Shown piece after piece: positions 1 to 11,421 of a stretch of 64,000 bases of DNA. The translations under genes were made by a program, and so were the position numbers. Where the stretch lies: the NCBI GenBank assembly GCA_010093815.1, contig ML996571.1. One strand, 5' to 3'. The DNA comes from Pseudovirgaria hyperparasitica. Lineage: Eukaryota. Numbering within the stretch: the first letter of the stretch is position 1; the number at the start of each line of letters is the position of its first letter. A model generated the notes under the pieces. It was not told where the DNA came from. It ran no database searches and saw only the letters and a program-made list of their open reading frames with translations.

Positions 1-159
1 AGTGACGCTCCACAACCCGCCAAGACAAAAACCCGGAAATTCGACCTCCTGCAGCAAAAAAGTCTGCACAGGCAGCAGATGGCAGATGCAGAGATGCGCC
101 GCCCCCGGCTGCTGCAGGAGTGTGCATTTTGCATTTTGCACTGCTTGGTTAGTTAGTAC

Positions 160-482
160 CTACCTACCTATGTATGTATGTATGTATGTATGCATGGAAT
201 GATGGAAGGATGATGCGTGTGCCTGCCTGTCCATGACCTGTGCTGTGCTTTGCGGCCCTGATGATTACAATTGTGATTGAGGTGATTAGATGGATAGCTA
301 GGTAGAAAGGGGGGGGTTTTGCTGCAGACGCGCGGGCAGGCGATTTGGAATGATGCAGATCTGGATTGCGGTCTGCTTGATGCATGGTCTGGGTATGCTG
401 TGTGATGTGTATGCGATATGCTGTATGATGTTATTCTTCCATGTCCTTTGTTGACTAGCTGCTGCTGCTGCTGCTGCTGCTG
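160..482. repeat. Microsatellites (TATG)n at about 169-192 and (GCT)n at about 458-482
   Basis: Read directly from the sequence. Confidence 0.85.
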
Positions 483-3250
483 TTGTCCTACGTCCTACGT
501 CCTAATTAAGTCCTACATCCATCGACGTCCTGCCATGACGACAAAGATGCAGACGACATGGACCTAGCGTGGTGTAGTGTTTAATTCCCCTTTGGATATT
601 ATCTACAAAGCATCTACCAGCCTACGCACGCTTTTCGCAAGCTTCGCCAACTCTGCACCCTCGCACGGCCGGCCGTGCTGAGTTAAGTGTCTGTCTGTTT
701 GACCTCGCGGGCGGGCCAGTCAGCACATGTGGCCAACGCTCCTGGCTTCCGTAGTTAGTAGTTGTACAGTAGTAGCAGTCAGAGGGTTAAGAAGGTAAAA
801 AAGCTAGGATGCTGGGAGATGTTGACTGGCCAATGATGGTGCAAGGTTGAGGGGAGAGGATGGACGAGCAGTGTTGGTGCGGCCAGGAAGGTCCCTGTAC
901 AGTATGTGAAAGACTGAAAATCGATCTGGGCATTGCATTCGAGAAGGTCACGTAATAGTTGTGAGGGAACTAGGTTAATTACTACAGTAGAAGTCAAGCT
1001 AGGAAGGCAGGAAAGCAGGAACGTAGAGCAGGGGATAAGAAGTGAAAAAGGGCACGGCATAATGCACAAACACCGTCAGTGAACGACGTAAGATGTGCGT
1101 TTGACGGAGCTATTAATATCTCTCTCTCTCTGTCTGTGTTCCCACACCCCTGGCCTAAAAAAACATTTCATGACAAGGGGAAGGTAAAGTTAGATGATGG
1201 ACAGGTGGTGTGCACGATGAGGTGGTGGTGTGGTGCCGCGGTGGTGGCGGCGGCGGAGGATTAAAGTTATTTACACAGGAGGCCCGAAAGACGCAGGGCA
1301 AAGAAGGGAACGTGCGTGGCATCCCATCCATCCATCCCATGTGCGCGGACCTGGGCAAAGGAGAGAAAGAGGAAGAAGAAGATGGCCATGTGCATGTGGG
1401 AGGGGGGGGCGTGCAGCAGTTTCAGGTACCATCATCCTGTTCCATTTTATTTCCAGTCCAATCGAGATTTGCTTAGTGTCTTGTCTGCCTGCCTGCTTGT
1501 GTGCATCTGTCGTTTGCTGTTCTTCACAGTCGCTGTCATGACATGCCAAACGTCAGCCAGCTGCCAGCGCATGTCGGTTAATTAGTTAGTGAATCATGAC
1601 AGCACCGCAAGACAAGACAGGAGAAGGCGTCGGAAAAGGGAGCAAAAGGCGGGGCTAAACGTGGCCAATGACGGCGACGGCGAAGAAGAGGTGGAATTGT
1701 GTGCATGAGACGGGGGGCATCACGAGGGAGTGAAGATCTGTTCGAGAAGAAGCTTGGAAGGGCGGGTGTAGGATTAGGAGATGCAGGGCTTTCTTTGGGG
1801 TTGCGCTGGTGGCGTGCTGATGCGGATTTGCTGAATCTGAAGCTGGAGCTTGATGGTGATGTTTGATGATGCTGGTGCCGAAGCCGGCGAACGATGCAGG
1901 GGCGACGTCAGCCAATCAGACGTGCTGTTTGAGGTGTCTCACTAGACATGTTCTGCAGGCCTAGTGATGAGTCAGTAACTTATATGCCAACCTAGCTGGC
2001 CGTGGCTGTGGCTGTATCATTGACGATGGGCATCCATATCGGATCAAGTCAACAACCTCAACCACCACAACCACCACAACCATCAATATTCACTGAACCA
2101 CTCCACGCCATTCCGGCCTCTTCAGCCGGGTTCCGTACTGAGGGACATATCGACAGTATCTTGTTGCTTGAGCAATGGCGCCGCAGCTCTCCGGCTACCT
2201 GAGCGTGTCACAACATCTTCATTACGCAGCCTACCCTGCTAATTAAAATACTAGCCACCTTACGGGCCTGCACGGAGACTAAGATGGGGTAAAGCGCGGC
2301 AGACAAACATGTCTCTCTCTCTCTCTCTCTGTTTCTCTGCCCTCTACTGCCTTTTTGCTTCATTCTCTCTAGACTCTTTCGCTCAAGCCTTCTTGGGTCC
2401 GATGAGTTGATTGTCAATCCGGTGCTAATGTAATGTCAATGCTAATGCTAGTCTAGCCAACTCAAGGGACCTTTTTTCATGCTGCATATTCCCCTCGTTT
2501 CGTGTCTGGGGTGTGTGCATCTCATATCTTGTTTCTCGTCTGGGAATAGCTCTCTGTTCACCTGGATGAGGTTCTGTTTGTCACTTTCTAGTTCCATGTA
2601 TGCGTGTCTGTGGCGTGTTGTAAGTTTGTCTTGTGCTGTTGATTTATGTTCACGTCGATGATGTCGATGATGATGACGATGATGGATGTTGCTGTCGGTT
2701 CTGCTGATTCCGTGTGTGATGATGGTGGTAGTGGTGGTGGAGGGCTTCCGTGGATGTTCCATCACTGTACCATACAGCCAGACTAACCAGCCAAACTAAC
2801 CAACTAGACAGCCAAAACAAGCCCGAGCCCGCGCGACTGTGTTAAGGTTCTTGTTCTATTCCAGCGTCCAACGTGTGCAGCCTCCCAGCCTGTTGCCCCT
2901 CCCCTCCCTCCTCCACAGTCCACCGTCCACTCTTCACACAGTCCACACACAGTCCACACACAGTCCACACACACACAAACCACAATCTTTTCACTCATCC
3001 GTATCCATCCATCCATCCTACTTCTTCCACTCTCCTCCCGCTCTCTCTCTCTCTCTCTCTCTCTTCTTCTTCTTCTTCTTCTCCTCTGCCGTCTCTGCCT
3101 CTTTGCATCGTTTTCCCGTATCACTCCTCTCTCTCCCTTTTCGTTCGATTTGAGTTTACTCCTTCGTGCGCTTCTTGACTTTGCTGCTGCCAGGGATTCG
3201 CTTTCATCAGCCATTTCTGCATCATCTTTGGAGGCTCTGCTTCTTTATCG

Positions 3251-4014
3251 GTAAGTCGACTTCAACCCACTCACCCTCCACTACACTACACTACCCGCAC
3301 ACACCCCTCCCCACAAATTCACTTGCTGCTCATAACTGCGATTCTCTTCATCCTATCATCACTGTGCTCGCAACACATGTCCACACACACACTCTCTCTC
3401 GCTCTCTACCGTCTGGTACCACGCGCGCGACCATTCTCCACGCTTATATCAGATTTCGTCATCACTTTCTGCGCTTCTCGCGCTTCATGCGCCTGACTCT
3501 TGCGCCTCGACCACTACCGCCCTACCATCCTGCGCCTATGTCAATTCTCCAACTCGACCTTTGCGCTTCTTTCTCACCTCCATCAATCCTCCTCCCTTGA
3601 CCCTCGCTGTCGTGCCACCTTCGCTCTCGTCACACCAACCTTCTCTCTTCTACATCTGCTAACCTCTCTCTCTCTCTACACTTCAGACCGCGACGCTTGT
3701 TCTGCTGTCTCAATCGCACTTTCCTAAGACCCATTCGTTACTTGGATTACGCGCTCCAACTGCAGTTTGAGATACCCCCCAAGTCTGAAAGCGGTTCTCC
3801 TCTTCAGCTAGGCCTGTCAACACTTTTCAAGCCGACGGTCCTTCTCCATCCCATAAAGCGTGTAATCGCGGGCATCTTGGACAGCTTTCTTCGGCAAACT
3901 ACGCTTCTTGGTCTACTCAGCCGTACCAATCAAGTCCTGTCTACGCGGTATGTCCTCACCTCCTGTCTATTTTTTTTTGGTGTTGCACACTCCCGCTAAT
4001 CGTCTTTTCTGCAG
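3251..4014 (+). other. Two predicted 5'-UTR introns of the Nam8-like gene (3251-3686 and 3948-4014)
   Basis: GTAAGT at 3251 with branch GCTAAC at 3658, a pyrimidine tract and CAG ending 3686. GTATGT at 3948 with branch GCTAAT at 3995 and CAG ending 4014. A CT-rich promoter-like stretch lies upstream (about 3000-3140). Confidence 0.7.
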
Positions 4015-4092
4015 ATCTCCAGAGCTTCGCGTAATACCAATCCACATCCTTAGCAACGAGTCCACGCACATTTCTACATACAATATATAAAC

Positions 4093-5582
4093 ATGAGTGC
4101 CTTTCCAAACTACGAGGGCTTCCAGGGCCAGCAGCCTCCCCAGGACGGTGGTGCGCCTGGTGCTACTGGCGGTCAACAACAAGACCAACAGATGGGTCAA
4201 CCCATTGAGAATGCTGCCGGCCAGTTCCAAGGCGGCAACATGGGTCCTCCTAATGCCGGTCCTAGCGCTGAGCAGGGCGACGGCTCCAAGACCACTCTCT
4301 GGTAGGTCAATCATGACAATGACCTCATAACTCGGACTTGCATACAACTGGAAGAAGATGAAGAAGAAGAAATCAGCACTAACTGGTGTACATCAGGATG
4401 GGAGAGCTTGAGCCTTGGATTGACGAAGGCTTTATCCGCAGTGTCTGGTATAACATGGGTGAAACAGTCAACGTCAAGATGATTCGCGACAAGTTCTCTG
4501 GGTGAGTCGCGTCCCGCTTTTCTTCAGGATATAACCAGCTTACACTGACAGTGACAGCAACAACGCTGGCTACTGCTTCATCGACTTCGCCTCCTCCCAA
4601 GCTGCAGCAAAGGCTCTCGGTCTGAATGGCCAGCTCATGCCCAACACCAACCGTCCTTTCAAGCTCAACTGGGCCTCTGGTGGTGGCTTGACGGACCGCA
4701 AGTATGTCGTCTTCCTACAAAAAGCACTTGACCCAACCAATCAAAAATGCTGACCTATAAACTTCCAGTCGCGATGATCGTGGCCCTGAGTATTCCATCT
4801 TTGTTGGTGATCTCGGCCCCGAAGTCAACGAGTACGTTCTGGTCTCGCTCTTCCAAGGCAAATATACCACTGTCAAGTCTGCCAAGATCATGTCCGATCC
4901 CATCAGCGGTCTCTCGCGTGGCTACGGCTTCGTCCGCTTCGGTGACGAAACCGATCAGCAGCGCGCCCTCACCGAGATGCAAGGCGTCTACTGTGGTAAC
5001 CGCCCAATGAGAATCTCCACGGCCACGCCCAAGAACAAGAACGGCGGTCCCGGCGGTCCTGGCATGGGTATGCCCCAAGGTGGCCCAGGTCCTATGGGCA
5101 TGTACGGCATGCAACAAGGTCCCCCGATGAGTGCTGGCTTCTACGGTCAGCCTCAGCAGCCCATGAACCAGTTCACTGATCCAAACAACACCACCGTCTT
5201 TGTTGGCGGCCTCTCCGGATACGTCACTGAAGATGAACTGCGCTCCTTCTTCCAGGGCTTCGGAGAGATCACCTATGTCAAGATCCCCCCCGGCAAGGGC
5301 TGTGGTTTCGTTCAGTTCGTCCAGCGCCACGCTGCCGAGATGGCCATCAACCAGATGCAAGGCTATCCCATTGGTAACTCGCGCGTCCGTCTGAGCTGGG
5401 GTCGCAGCCAGAACAACTCTGGCCCAGCCGGTACTCCATACCGTCCCGCGCCCCCACCGCCAGTCTTCCCCAACATGGGCATGCCTCCCTCGCACCCATA
5501 CGGCAACTTTGCGCCAATGAAGGTAAGCCCGCACGACCACAACTTCAACGGCCATCAGCACCAACTAAACGACTACCAGTAA
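4093..5582 (+). CDS. NAM8: Nam8/Ngr1/TIA-1-family RNA-binding protein with three RRMs; exons 4093-4301, 4397-4501, 4558-4701, 4769-5522, 5580-5582
   Basis: The spliced translation gives RRM1 (TLWMGELEPW...AGYCFIDF), RRM2 (SIFVGDLGPEV...SRGYGFVRF) and RRM3 (TVFVGGLS...KGCGFVQF...RVRLSWGR). Introns have GT..AG ends and CTRAC branch points and keep the frame. Confidence 0.9.
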
Positions 5583-6550
5583 TCTCCCTTTTGTTCCATC
5601 ATGTTGACGGAGTTGCGACCTTGAGCGATCATTTCGAGGGTTTTCCCATAATCTTACGGCTTCATCGGAGTTCGAACTTGACCTTGCATGGCAACGTAAT
5701 GACTATTCCCTGAAGTGACGGCTCGACACGACACGATACATTTGCGGTGGTTCTTCAAAAAAGTTGATCTCCTTCTTTTCCTCCCCCTTTTCTTCGCAAA
5801 CCAGTCTTTCCCTGCACCACGATTTCCCCCTCTCTTTTTCTTTCCTTTTTACACAACACTTAGCGTGGGCGGCCTAGAGAAAACCTTCCACCTTCACACA
5901 CAACCCTTGTACAACACTGGCTCAGCTGGAAATCGCTACTGGTTCCTTTTGTTTTTGTTGTAAAGCGCGTTCTGCTAGAGGCTACCGAGTTCCCCCTTCG
6001 GTACGTGCCTAGGTGGCTGGTCTTTGTCTGAGTGCATTGGGCCGACCAAGATGTGGTGGATGAGGGAAACTTTCGAACTGCAGACAGTTTCCAAAACACC
6101 ACCAGCGTGAGGACTTCTGCTATGGACGTATTTCTGGTTCGGGCCCTCTACCTCTCCCGTCGCGACGCGAGTATACTAGCAACAATTTGGGCGATCCGAC
6201 GCATCTATGACCTTGACCCATCCGCCTCGACTCATGGAGAGTTTGAATGTCTGTGTGGGTTTATGGGAGGTGAATCGGACGTCAATCTTGGGGACTTGGG
6301 GGACGGTTTGGCTAAACCATACAGGACCTCTTGAGCCAGCCTTGATGGCTCTTATTCTATTAGGTATCTTGCCCTCGGCAGGTTGGCTATGACCCGGACC
6401 AGTTTGTTCTCAATGCGAAGCGATCAATTTGCATGTTTTAGCGCTGCGTGCATGTCTGCGTGCGTATACCTGCCTGCGAGTCTGCGTGCCTGCCTGCGTT
6501 GGCTACCTGCTCTTCTTGCTGTCCTGCCTGCCCTGTCCCGCCTGTCCTGC

Positions 6551-6630
6551 CTTGCCTTGTCGTATCTTGCCTTGTCGTATCAAGTCTTGTCGTATCTTGC
6601 CTTGTCGTATCAAGTCTTGTCGTATCAAGC
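6551..6630. repeat. 15-bp minisatellite, about 5 copies of two variants (CTTGCCTTGTCGTAT and CAAGTCTTGTCGTAT)
   Basis: Units read directly at 6551, 6566, 6581, 6596 and 6611. Confidence 0.9.
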
Positions 6631-6859
6631 TTGCCGTACCGTATCTTTCCATATCTTGTCCTGCCCTACCCTGCTCTGCCTTGTCCTGCCTCGTATTCTC
6701 GTACTCTCCTGCTCCTTTCGCCGCCCTTTTTCTCTCTCATAAGTCCTTCTCTCTCATAAGTCCTGCATCCTTCCAACTCGTCTCGTCTCGCCTCGTAGTC
6801 CAATTCTCTCTCTCCTCACGCCCCCGCACTTACACACACCAACACGTTTCTTTAGGTCT

Positions 6860-7740
6860 TTTTTTTTTGGTGGTTGGGGAAAGAAAGGCATTTGTTTCCC
6901 TTGCCGGTCTTATCTTGCCTTACCTTACCTTTTTTTTTTAAAAAAAACCTATTTCGGCATTTTTGTGACAATTTCTGTCTTTTATGTTTGTCTTTGTCAT
7001 TGTCGTCTATTTTTAATGTGTGTTATGTGTTTTATTATATTATATATATATTTTTTTATATATCTGTTTTGTTTTATTATCATTAATTATTATTCGTGCG
7101 TTTTCGCACTTTTTCTTCTTCTTCTTCTTCTTCTCTCTTATATTATTATTATTGAATTTTATTTTTTATTTTTTTGTGGGGTGGTATCGTTTGGTTTTCT
7201 TTCTTCTTCTTCTTCTTCTTCTTCTTTTGTGTGTTATCGTTGATTGACTATATATATATACTTGGAATCGTTCATTGGCTATACTTGAATCGATATCCCT
7301 CTGTCTCTCTCTCTCTCTCCTTCTCCTCTTTTACACGAATCCAAGTCTTTTTTAAAAGTATATATAAAATTTCAGTCAAATCAAAAAGTTCCCATCCAGT
7401 TTCTCCATCTCAGGGAAGCAATGAATAATAGTTCAGTCAAGTCAAGTCAAGCCCAAGTCCCATCCACCCCATTCCAGTCCAAGTCCCCATCCAGCCCAAC
7501 CCAAGTCCAGTCCAGTCCAGTCTAGTCTCAATTTTTTGTGTCGAAGCAAAATCAAAGTTCAAAAAATCATTCAATCCAAGTCTTCTAGTCCACATCAAAG
7601 TCTCGTCCCATCCATTCCCAAGTCTCGCCCACTCACAGTTACATTCAGTCACTCCATACCAAAATCAAAACATCAAAACATCAAAAGATCAAAACATAAG
7701 CCAAAAGTCCAGAATCAAAAGTCAAGCTAAAAGAGCTAGA
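6860..7740. repeat. AT-rich low-complexity island with (CTT)n, (TA)n and (ATT)n tracts followed by degenerate (CAAGT/CCAGT)n pentamer repeats
   Basis: T-rich at about 6860-7230, A-rich at about 7350-7740, with pentamer repeats at about 7434-7530. Confidence 0.85.
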
Positions 7741-8040
7741 ATACCACTCCACCATACCACTGCCAAAACCCGCTTGGCATGTGGTATCATGTGGCGTAGT
7801 ATACATATACCTAATATTAGATCAATAAACTAATAAATGTAGTCGCTCGCAATACACAAGTCATAAAAACCGAAACTACTTTTTCCTCACCCTCCCTTTC
7901 TTCCCAAGACATGCATGCTCCCATCTATTCTCGCATGGATATACATGCCCCTCCTTCGCAGAAATGCACGACATAAAACTAGAAGCCTTCTCTTTTCCCT
8001 CCTCCCTCAGGCCCGCCCTTAGGCCCGCCCCTAGGCCGCC

Positions 8041-10818
8041 CTACATACCCGCGAGCGCCCTCCAAACACCAACCCCAACGCCAATGCCAACCGCACCCAC
8101 AAGACAGACAACCACAAAGATAATCCAGCCCCTGCCCACACACTCACCCGCCCTGACAATCCACTCCTTCTGCCCTCTGCCCCTTTCCCTGCCATCAACC
8201 CTCAACTGCGCCTCTACACTGAACCGCCTCCATCCAACCTTGTCCTCTTTCCGAGTCGCACTCGCCACCCATTCGCGAAACGGGCTCTGCACACTCCTCT
8301 TCCCCGGCTTCGCGACTGGCGCCGGAGCCGTCAATTCAACCTCATCGAACTCCTCGCCGGCGCCAAATGCCTGTTTCTCGGGATCGTGGGTGCGGTGGAG
8401 GGACGGGGGCGGTTGGATGCGGAGCGAGCTTTTTGAGAGGGGCTTGAGAAGCGCGGCGCTTACGTTTAGGAGATCTCTGGTGTCGCCGTAGCTTGCAGAC
8501 GGGGAGGAGATGTCTGTGGGACCGGGCAGAGTGAGAGGAGTGGTGAGCGTGCGTTCGATACGAAATCGGGCGGGGATGGGTGGGAGCGGCACCGAGGGGC
8601 CGGCGTAGCGATCGAGGATGGATGACGTGTCATGGAAGGCGTCGGCGTTGGTGCTTGTGGTGTCGCTGGGGAGAGGGAATGGCGAGGACGGGAATTTGAA
8701 GTCCTTGAGCGCGTTGCGCTCAGCAGTCGTGGCACGGTCAAGAGGGGCCTTTGAAGCTGCAGCCGTCGAGGCCTGACGTGATGGCGACTTTGGAGGTATT
8801 GGAGGTTTGACACTGCCAGTCTCGTCTATAACTGGTTGTCCTTTGGCCTGCGCCCGTTTTTGCTTACCAAGGTCGTCTTCGGCAATCTCGTCATCGGATT
8901 CGTCTTTGAAAACCGAAACATCTAAGCTATTATGTGGGTTCAGAAGATCGAATGACACGCCATCGTAGTGAACCTGAACTATCGAAGGCCTGCTCGAGGA
9001 GATGGAAGATGTAGTGCGAGCATCGTCTGGTCGAGGCAGACGTTTGCGCGAGTGAAAAGATGCAGATGTTTGTCTACTTGACCTCGCATAGAGCCCGTAG
9101 AAGCTGTCAAAGTCCCCTTGGATGGTTGTTGACTGGTGGCTATCAAAGCGCCCGTGCGACGTCCACCCTGATTTGGGCGATGTCGATTTAGTTGATGAAG
9201 ATGCAAGGTAAGATGATAAGGAGTATGCCGGTGGATCAGGCCACCGGAAGTCTTCATCTCCTGACGCGCTGGATGTTCGAAAATCCGAAAATCGGCTCTG
9301 TAACGGTCCGTCGTAAGGCTTCAAGGCTTGCGCACTTCTAGTCCGCGGGATTGGAGACACTGAAAGAAAAGACGAATCTTGCGTCAAGTTGGGTTGACTA
9401 CGCGAGAATTCAGGTTTGCTTGCATCGATTCTCGTGGTCGCAGCGGGTGACTTGGGCCCTCTAGGCATCGCTTCGACTGGAGGCAAGATGGGAGCAAGCC
9501 TCGACTTTGGTGATTGTGGTTTGATGTCTACTATCTTAGGTTTTATAGGCTGTAGTATGGGGTAGCGATCGCTCAAATCTCTCCTGTGTCTCAGCACATG
9601 TTCCAGGGAGCCCGAAGGCTTACGAGCGTGGGTCTGTTTTTGTGGCGTGGGTGAGTGCTGGTCCCTCTCAGTAGGCGGAAAGACAAAGGATGAATTGTCA
9701 CCAGTGTCTGGCACCTTTAGTTGGTAAGACGTTCTGGGATTTGATTTGTCTCCGTCCACCCCATTATATGAGAAGGGACTATGGCGAGGATGGCCATTTT
9801 GATAGTTCAATCTCCGTGGAAGTTGAAGAAATTCCCTTCGTTCGTCCAGGCTGGGTTGCTGGTTCAATGGCCTCTCACGGTCTGCGAATGCGAAAGCTGG
9901 CTGGAGGGCATTTGCTCCAACAGACTGTGCGAGGCCAGATAAGGTACATGGTGCAAACGATGGACTGGCAAAAAGATCCACATCGCTGTACGGAACGTAC
10001 CGTTCACGATTTTCTGCTTGTGGATCCCCACGAGATATTGGATTGGCGAAAGAGCGTGTATTTCCAGGCGCTGATTGACTGGGTAGTGGGGGAAAATGTT
10101 CATGAATGTGAAATGAAGATGATGGAACCGATCGAGTATGATCGGCGAAAGTAGTATAGAGGTTTGACTCCATAGTCGGTACATTCTCCTTGTCGAAATC
10201 TGCGGTGCTAGAAAATGGATCTTGGCTTGATGCGATATTTTGAGTAGATAGGTTGGCATAAGGCTCCGCAGTCCGGAATGACAACGATGAGATCGATGGA
10301 GATAGGTCTGGCATGGGTATGGTGTTGAATCGCGAATCACCAATATCTCGTAGAGGCCGCTCCGATGGTAAATGTGAAATGTTCGGTGTATGATAGCGTG
10401 ACGGGGCTAGATGCTCGAATTCAGGAATGATAGGGGCATGCGGCAATCTCTCTCCAAGACGGCTTGGAGCCTTCTTTAGCTGTCCCTGACCTGCTTTCTT
10501 TCGTAATTTCTGCTCCCGCTCGTATGGCACGGCATTCTGCTTTGCGTGATGCTGAATCACGGTGACAAACATCGGCCGAGGATTTGATGGTGGTCTATCC
10601 GGATTGAGTTGAGGCGTACCAGGCTTGCGTTTCAAGCTTGGTCCATTGGTGTATTGCAAAATGTCTGGAGAACGCTGCTGCTTGCGGTATTCATGTAAAG
10701 ATAGCGTATTAATTGGTATACTCGTCGGAGTAGTGGCCTGTGAATGATGAGGCGTCAAAGCCGAAGTGCCTGCCGGTGGATCGAAGACCGAGATATTGAT
10801 AGGTGGTGTGGAAGCCAT
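8041..10818 (-). CDS. Hypothetical Ser/Pro-rich disordered protein with a single C-terminal transmembrane helix (about 925 aa; alternative start at 10854)
   Basis: Uninterrupted 937-codon ORF ending in the hydrophobic segment WIIFVVVCLVGAVGIGVGVGVW. Confidence 0.8.
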   Translation of the reverse strand: MASTPPINISVFDPPAGTSALTPHHSQATTPTSIPINTLSLHEYRKQQRSPDILQYTNGPSLKRKPGTPQLNPDRPPSNPRPMFVTVIQHHAKQNAVPYEREQKLRKKAGQGQLKKAPSRLGERLPHAPIIPEFEHLAPSRYHTPNISHLPSERPLRDIGDSRFNTIPMPDLSPSISSLSFRTAEPYANLSTQNIASSQDPFSSTADFDKENVPTMESNLYTTFADHTRSVPSSSFHIHEHFPPLPSQSAPGNTRSFANPISRGDPQAENRERYVPYSDVDLFASPSFAPCTLSGLAQSVGANALQPAFAFADRERPLNQQPSLDERREFLQLPRRLNYQNGHPRHSPFSYNGVDGDKSNPRTSYQLKVPDTGDNSSFVFPPTERDQHSPTPQKQTHARKPSGSLEHVLRHRRDLSDRYPILQPIKPKIVDIKPQSPKSRLAPILPPVEAMPRGPKSPAATTRIDASKPEFSRSQPNLTQDSSFLSVSPIPRTRSAQALKPYDGPLQSRFSDFRTSSASGDEDFRWPDPPAYSLSSYLASSSTKSTSPKSGWTSHGRFDSHQSTTIQGDFDSFYGLYARSSRQTSASFHSRKRLPRPDDARTTSSISSSRPSIVQVHYDGVSFDLLNPHNSLDVSVFKDESDDEIAEDDLGKQKRAQAKGQPVIDETGSVKPPIPPKSPSRQASTAAASKAPLDRATTAERNALKDFKFPSSPFPLPSDTTSTNADAFHDTSSILDRYAGPSVPLPPIPARFRIERTLTTPLTLPGPTDISSPSASYGDTRDLLNVSAALLKPLSKSSLRIQPPPSLHRTHDPEKQAFGAGEEFDEVELTAPAPVAKPGKRSVQSPFREWVASATRKEDKVGWRRFSVEAQLRVDGRERGRGQKEWIVRAGECVGRGWIIFVVVCLVGAVGIGVGVGVWRALAGM

Positions 10819-11397
10819 AGTGGACGACTTGTCCCCTCCGCGAATCTTCAACATGAGGGCTAAAATAGCCCGTGCTTTGAACTATCCAAGTATTCAAGCT
10901 CTACCAAAACAGATGCAACAGCGTCAGAGGGAATCTCCTCGACTGGTGTGTAGTGCACACAGGTCACCAGTACGCATAACTACCGGCCTATCCCAAAAAG
11001 CTGATGTTGATCTGAATGAGAGTAAGTCGTAGCAAGTGTGTTGGCGATGCTGATACCGAGAGAATCACGCTTTTCAAGCTTCGAAAACGTAGATCTTGGC
11101 CCACTTACAAATAAGGCAAGGGCGTATCAATGACAAGTTGCGGGTACAAGGAGCGTGTTTGTAAAGTTCCTTAGAAGCCGATTATAACAGAAGAATCAGA
11201 AGAGTGGATTAAGAGTGCGGCAGCTTCAATGACTTGGACAGTAGGACAGTGAGCGACTGGCTGTTGTCGGTGAACTCGAACAAGACATGTGTGGCTGAGA
11301 CGTTCAAAAGACGCCGAAGAAGGCAATCCACCAAACACGTCCCAGGCTGTAAAGAATCGAAAGACGAACCAACCGCTATCCAACGGTCGCTAGCAAA

Positions 11398-11421
11398 GAA
11401 GAAGAAGAAGAAGAAGAAGAA
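11398..11421. repeat. (GAA)n microsatellite
   Basis: About eight consecutive GAA units. Confidence 0.85.

Noticed and set aside
6053..6102. SECIS-like appearance (ATGA before a helix, AA in the loop)
   Set aside because: The 3' GA needed for the quartet is missing, the upstream gene has no in-frame TGA, and ascomycetes are not known to use selenocysteine.
6383..7730. Cys/Leu/Phe-rich ORFs such as the LPCRIKSCRI repeat
   Set aside because: Translations of minisatellite and low-complexity DNA.
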